A program made the translations under genes and the position numbers. From Lama guanicoe (taxonomy: Eukaryota): 60,000 bases of DNA. The notes beneath the pieces were generated by a model, which ran no database searches, was not told the DNA's origin, and worked only from the letters and a program-made list of their open reading frames with translations. Each line of letters begins with the position of its first letter. The stretch's first letter is position 1. Where the stretch lies: contig MU054338.1 in the NCBI GenBank assembly GCA_013239625.1, positions 436,001 through 496,000 of the forward strand, in the 5' to 3' direction. Shown piece by piece: positions 54,201 to 60,000 of the stretch.

Positions 54201-57021
54201 TCTTGGGCGGTAAAGTTGGTCAACATATGAGGATTTTAGAGGAGATAAAATACATTCAAAGTAGATGTGACTTTTGGAGGTTTTTTTTTTACGTGGCTGT
54301 CTAGAAAGTTATGTCAAAAGTAAGTTTACGGGGGAGGGGCCGGTTATCCCAACTGTAAAGTGTTTTAATTTGTGGCATTTAAATAAGCTGTCCAGCAATA
54401 CTTTGTAGCTCTCGTTTTGGCGGGACCTGCTGCCCTTCCGTGCGGACCCGCGCGGTGCCTCCTGACGTCCCAGGGCCTATGCTAGGTTCCGCTTTCCCGC
54501 TCCCCGCGGAGGTTGGCGATTCGACAGCCCCGCCCCCCCCCCTTCACGTCCTTTGGCGCTGGCTCGGGTGTTTGCAGAGCGCCAGCTGCTCGCAGGAGAG
54601 GCCCGAGAGGCCTGCTTTTGCTCTCTGCTAGCTGTGTCTTCCCAGCAACAACCTTCGCTTTTCTTCTGTGAACCCGGCCTTCAGATAGATCACCTCCCTT
54701 CTGTCTCCTGCTCCTTACCGCCAGGCCCCTGTCCTTGCCGGGCAGCAACCTTAGCCCATTCGGGGACGACAGAGTGGACAGGCCTCTGCCAGCCACAGCG
54801 GGGCCACAAACGGTGTGTGCCCGGTGCGTAAAAAGGACTCTGAACTAGGGTATGAGTTCTTAGAGCCACAGCCATGCCTTCCTCTTGACTGCCACCGGGC
54901 ACCTGCCAGTGTCCCAGGCCAGGGTGAGTGATCTGGACCACATACTCCCTCACTCATTCAGTAATAGGACGCAGCGTTCATTGAGCACCTACTGTATGCC
55001 AGGTACTGCCGCCCTATGCTTCAAAGCAAGGCCCAGTAGGCTGCGTCAGCGTAGCAGGGCAGGAGGAGGGGGAGCCGGGAGGCATGGGAGAGGATGCTGG
55101 GGCATCTATCCTGGGAAAGGACACCGCAGCAGGCGGTCTTGGGGAATGGCTGACAACGCCCCAGGGCCTGTGCCGGGTGTTGGGAACACAGTGTGGCCAC
55201 TGCAGGCCCATCTGTGCTCTCACAGAGCTCAGGGACCAGCAGGAGACAGGCAGACACAAGGTAGATGTCTCGTCTGGTTCCCGATGGTGAGCATCCCACC
55301 GTGAAGGGCACAGTCAGGGCCTCTGGAAAAGATCGTGGCACTGGGGGCCGAGCAGGGCGTCTGTCTGCATTGCACTGGGTAGTCAGGGAAGGAGGAGACT
55401 TCAGCTGTGACCTGGAGAGACCCTTCCAGACCTTCCTGCTGGGGTTCATAATCCTGGGAACCCCACTCCCTGGAGGTGGATGGGCCTATCCCAACCAAAA
55501 GGCCAAAGCCATTCTCTTCCTGCTACATAGAGAGTGCCCTGCATGGGGCTTGCATACAGTAGGTGCTTAAATCCATGCGCACTGAACATTATTAGGGATC
55601 ACCCCTAGATCACTTATTAGTGGCAAAGGGAAAACACAAAATCATCTTTCCCAGTGGACAAGGCAGGCGATGTCCCCGTGACCTGGAGAGTAAACCCAGC
55701 CTGGCCGTGGGGGAAGCTGTGGGTCTCTGATACGTCCACTGAGGTCCAGTGTGTTAGCCGCATGCAGCTCCTGAGCTCTGGAAGTGTGGCCAGTGCAGCT
55801 GAGGAGTGGAATTTTAAAACTTATTTTTACTGATGTAATTTATGTTGAAATAGGCCTGTGTGTGGAGCAGCTGCTGTACTGGGCAGCTCGGGCTAGAGCT
55901 CGCTTTCACGCAAGGGAGACACATGGCCCAGGAGAGCAAGTGAAAGTCGTCGTCATAAAGAAAGGAAGGTGGTAGGGGACAGTTCTAAACCAAAGACACT
56001 GAGAAGGACCAGACCCCAGGCCCACCCTTCTGGGAACTGTCTGGGAACTTAGAAGACAGGTTGGGCTTCTGGCGTTCATGTTACCTGTCTGGCATGTGTG
56101 GGTGGCGGTGGAGTGGGGAGAAAATGCTGGAAAGACTGTGAACAAGCCAGGTGGGAATTGGAGGCAGAGGGCACCACCAGGGCAAAGGCCCAGAGGCGGA
56201 ACTGAGGCTGGTAATTTGGAGGCAGAGCAAGGAGGAGGCCCACGTGTCTGGAGCAGAGCAAGCAAGAAGACCACGGGGCCTGGAGGGCACCTCTGTTGAA
56301 GGGGCAGTGGGGAGCCCTGGCCGATTGTGAGCAAGGGAGGGTCCTCACCTGCGTTAACAGGCTTGAGATTTTGTCCTTACTGTTAACTGTTTGGTAGTTG
56401 CTGCATCCTGAGACCCACAGGACCCTTGGGGTCCCACTCAGAGACCTGACACTGCAGGGACGGTAGGGACTACCCAGAAGGTGGCTGCTGGGAAGGGGCC
56501 CAGGGCCCTTCCCGCCCCTGCAGCCCCTGTGCCCAGCCCCCCAGACCCCATGCCCTCAACCCAAGGCTGAGGCTCCAGGGTTTCCTGCCACCCAGGTCCT
56601 CCCGCCGTGGCCCCCATCCCTCCAGCATCGTGGAGCTCCCGTCCCTTGGCCCCTGCAGGCCCAGGGGTCAGTCCTGGAGAAAGAGGTGCGTCGAGGGCAG
56701 AGGGCAGCTGCAGAGACACCAGACCTCCCTGCCGGCTTCCGCAGAGGAGCCCAGATTCCTAAGATTTGGACACCTTTTGACTCACCTCGCCCTGTGGCCT
56801 GTGCCGGCCCTTTCAGCGCTGCAGGGGGATTGGAGCCCAGGCCCAGGCCTTCAGATTATACAGAAACACAGAGTTCCGGTAAGTCTTAGGTCCTGGGGGA
56901 AGTTTCTCCAATTTTAATATTCCAAGCCTTTGGAACACGAGGATTTCAAAATTCTGGAATGTCTCATCTGCATCTCTTGAGTTCCAGAAGGCCGAGAGTC
57001 TAGACCCTGGGTCAATAGACT

Positions 57022-57246
57022 ATTTTCTTTTTTTTTTTCTTTTTATGATTAGTATCCACTTTTTTTTTTAAGGAGTCATTTTGTTTATTTTAATTTTTTG
57101 GTGGGGGGAGGTAATTAGGTTTACTTACTTATTATTAAAGCTTATTACTAAAATTTTTTTTAACGGAGGTGCTGGGGAATTGAGCCCAGGACCTCCTGCA
57201 TGCTACGTTAAGTGCGCACTCTGCCACTGAGCTGCACCCTCCCCTC
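57022..57246 (-). mobile_element. tRNA-derived SINE (camelid Vic-1-like)
   Basis: Reverse complement begins GGGGAGGGTGCAGCTCAGTGGCAGAG; poly-T on the plus strand; TAGACTA flanks both sides. Confidence 0.8.
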
Positions 57247-59859
57247 TCCTAGACTAGTTTCTATACAAGGCCACAGAGCTAATATTTTCAGTTTTGCAGC
57301 CCAGAGACCACTCAACTTGTACACGGATGGCCAGGTGCCAATAAAACTATCCAAACATGGAACTTTGAATATTATATGATTTCCATGTGTTGTGGAATAG
57401 TATTAGACCCACTGAAAAACGTAAAAACCATTCTTAGCTCAGGGGCCAAACTGGTTAAAAAAAAAAAGTGTCTGAATTTGGCCCACAGTCTAGGACAGAG
57501 CTAGCCAATAGAAAAATAAGACAAACCAAGCACATAATTTAAAATTTTAGGCCATGTTAGAGAATTGTTTTGATAATATATTTCACTTACCTCGACATCT
57601 CGGAAGTCTGATCACTGCAACACATCACTGATGCGAAAATGATGTACAAAGTGTTCCACACCTGTTTCTGTGCCAAGTCTTTGAAATCTGGCTTTCCAAC
57701 TCAGGGCACATCTCAGTGCCAACGCTGACGTTTCCCCAGAGAGACTTACCTGTAGGTGGATTGCCTACAGTGGACAATGAAAAGGAAAATGCACACACAC
57801 CCAAGTTGTTTCAGACATACTTGGACACTTGCCAAAATCTGGATCCAGTGTTGGTTTGTAATTTTAAATCAGAATTAATTAAAATCAAGTAAATGGAAGC
57901 CTTCCCTTCCTTGGCCTTGCCAGCCACCTTCCAGGACGCAGCAGCCCCGTTCCCGATAGGAAGGTCCCCGGTGGGGCATTACCGTCATCTTGGTCCCATT
58001 GGTCAGCACGGGTCTGAATGTCAAGATTCAAGTCACCCGGCACTTACGTGGCGCTTACATCTGGGCTCCTGGTGACTATCAACACCTGGAAGCGAAGCCC
58101 ATTTCACAAGTGGGACACTGAGGCTTGGCTGCGTTGAGGGGCATGGCCAGTTCACCAGTGGGAAGGTGGGCAGGTGACTCTAAGGTCTGGAAACATCTGG
58201 GCTCCGTCTTCTGTAGTTTAGCTCATGTCCAGCCCTGTGGAGCCCCCCGTGCAGTCCTTCCTGCTCCCTGTCCTCCCAACCCTCCCAACACCCAGACATC
58301 GGCCAGCCACTGCCCTCAAGTGCCTGCCTGGGTGGGCGCTGGCGGGTGTCATGTGCCACTTCTCTGTCGCAAAGGCTCCCAGGTCAGGATGGTGTCCCGA
58401 GACCTGCTGGTGGCCCCCCTGGATGAGCAGCAGAGGTCCATGGACGTGCTGCCCACAACCTCTGACCACTGCTGGCTGGAGCCGGGAGGCTGGGGGAAAC
58501 TGGACTGAGCCTCCTTTCCAATGCCCTACTGCTGTTCTCCACAGTGCCCTGGGTCCCACCCATCCCCATGCCTCAGCAGGGCTTGCAAGGGGACCACCCA
58601 AACCACCCCCCGCAGCTGCTCCTGCACTCACGGCTCCCCACCTAGATACTGACACACCACACCATTCCCACACTTACTGTTGACCCTCCACTTGTTCACT
58701 GGGCCCCATTTCACACAGGATGAAACAGATCCAGAAAGGAAGAGACTCACCCAAGACCACCTGGCTAGGATTTGAACCCTGAAAAAAGGAGCCCTCAAAG
58801 GGTTGGAATGGAAGAATGACAGGTGGGGAAAGAGTAAATAGACATCCAGGAGTGGGTGCCAGGGCAGAGTGCTCCCAGGGAAGGGCAGGGTGAGTCATCT
58901 CTAAGCCCTCATAGAGCCCAACCAGCCACTTGTCAAATGTGTCAAACTCCTACTCATGCTTCAAAACCCCACCTCACACATCCCCTCTCACATGTAGCTT
59001 TTCTTGACCCCTCCTGTGGAGCATCCACTCCCTCCCCAGGTTCCTCCATACCAGATCCCTCTTTCTGTCCTCTGCCTGCTCACATCAGGTGGGAGGTGTC
59101 TGTACCTGGCTCTGTCTTCCCAGGGATGAGCAGGCCAGAGCCAAGGTCTCCTGGGAGCCAGTATTGCCATGCAGAGGCCATACCAGGGAGCTTTTGATGA
59201 ATAGGTGTGTGAATGAATGAGTTACTGAAGAAGTGAATTGATTTATTCCTGTATTAATTTATTGATTTATCTGTACAAGCAGGTAGCACCTACTGAATGC
59301 CTGGCCTGGCTCCCTTGGCAGCCTCAGACCTACCCCAAGGCATCTCCTGACTTAAACTCTCTGCTGTTCACCAACCCCCCCCTCCAATTTCCCATCATCC
59401 CTCAGCCCAGAATTGAAGGACCCTTCTCATCCCCTCTTCCCCAAAGTATCTAATTGATTGCTACCGGCTTTCAACCGCTGCCCCTCCAGGTATTTGCGCT
59501 TTTTCTTCTGGCAAGAACACTAATCCCTTTTGGGTTGACAAACTCCTACGCATCCACCAAAGCCCCAGCACCAACGGCCCCCTCCTTTGAGGAGCCCGCC
59601 CTAGTTCCCTTGTTTACCACGCAGCTGTAGGAGTTCCCAGAAGGGGACCTAGACTGGGAGGCACCTCTAAGTGGCAGAGGAGGGGGGGCTCATTGGTGTC
59701 CCAAAGGAATTAGGGTCCCACTCAGCCATTCCTCCTCTCTGGTCATGGTGCAAAAGGGTAAAGTGGGACCCAGAGAGGGTGATACAGCCGCTTAGGGGCT
59801 CCCAGCAGGGAGAGGGCAGGAGTGCCAGGTATCAGTGGTGCAGGCCCCAACCCTCCTTG

Positions 59860-60000
59860 CCTCAGTTCCCCGCGGGTTCAGAGGGGGCGAGGGGCCCTCC
59901 GGGCCCCTGGTGTTGGGATGCTGCGCCAGGGCGGGGGTCGGAGCGGTTGGGGGGCTCAGGAAGCCGGCGGCCGCTGGAATCCGGCGCGTCGCGGCCTTAT
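59860..60000 (+). promoter_or_regulatory. Start of a CpG-rich promoter, probably CNN2 (calponin 2) by synteny; window ends inside a probable CArG box
   Basis: CpG density rises, GC box present, and the last bases CCTTAT are the first six of CC(A/T)6GG. Gene identity rests only on conserved gene order; no coding sequence is visible. Confidence 0.5.

Noticed and set aside
54408..54515. Intact U6 snRNA gene expected from synteny
   Set aside because: Only a degenerate 18-nt 5' match; no ACAGAGA box or remaining U6 body, so it is not called as an ncRNA.

Overview
This is GC-rich mammalian genomic DNA, syntenic to human 19p13.3 by gene order. The tRNA-derived SINEs suggest a camelid (inference). 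It contains the 3' half of ARID3A (+, 6 coding exons and a long 3'UTR), complete WDR18 (+, 10 exons, 432 aa), complete intact GRIN3B (+, 9 exons, 1031 aa) and complete TMEM259/membralin (-, 11 exons, 614 aa). The window ends in a CpG-rich promoter that is probably CNN2's. All exon boundaries were read by hand and give GT-AG introns with consistent phases. The most notable observations are: (1) a correctly spaced U6-type (type 3 Pol III) promoter head-to-head with TMEM259 that has no intact U6 gene behind it; (2) a 78-bp tandem duplication of the TMEM259 exon 7 donor that could add 26 residues in frame; (3) two tandem uORFs ahead of TMEM259; (4) overlapping GRIN3B/TMEM259 poly(A) signals; (5) a degenerate ~45-bp array in an ARID3A intron; (6) substitutions at normally conserved GluN3B pore and ligand-domain positions. 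No prokaryotic-type system is present, and most ORF-track entries are GC-content artefacts.
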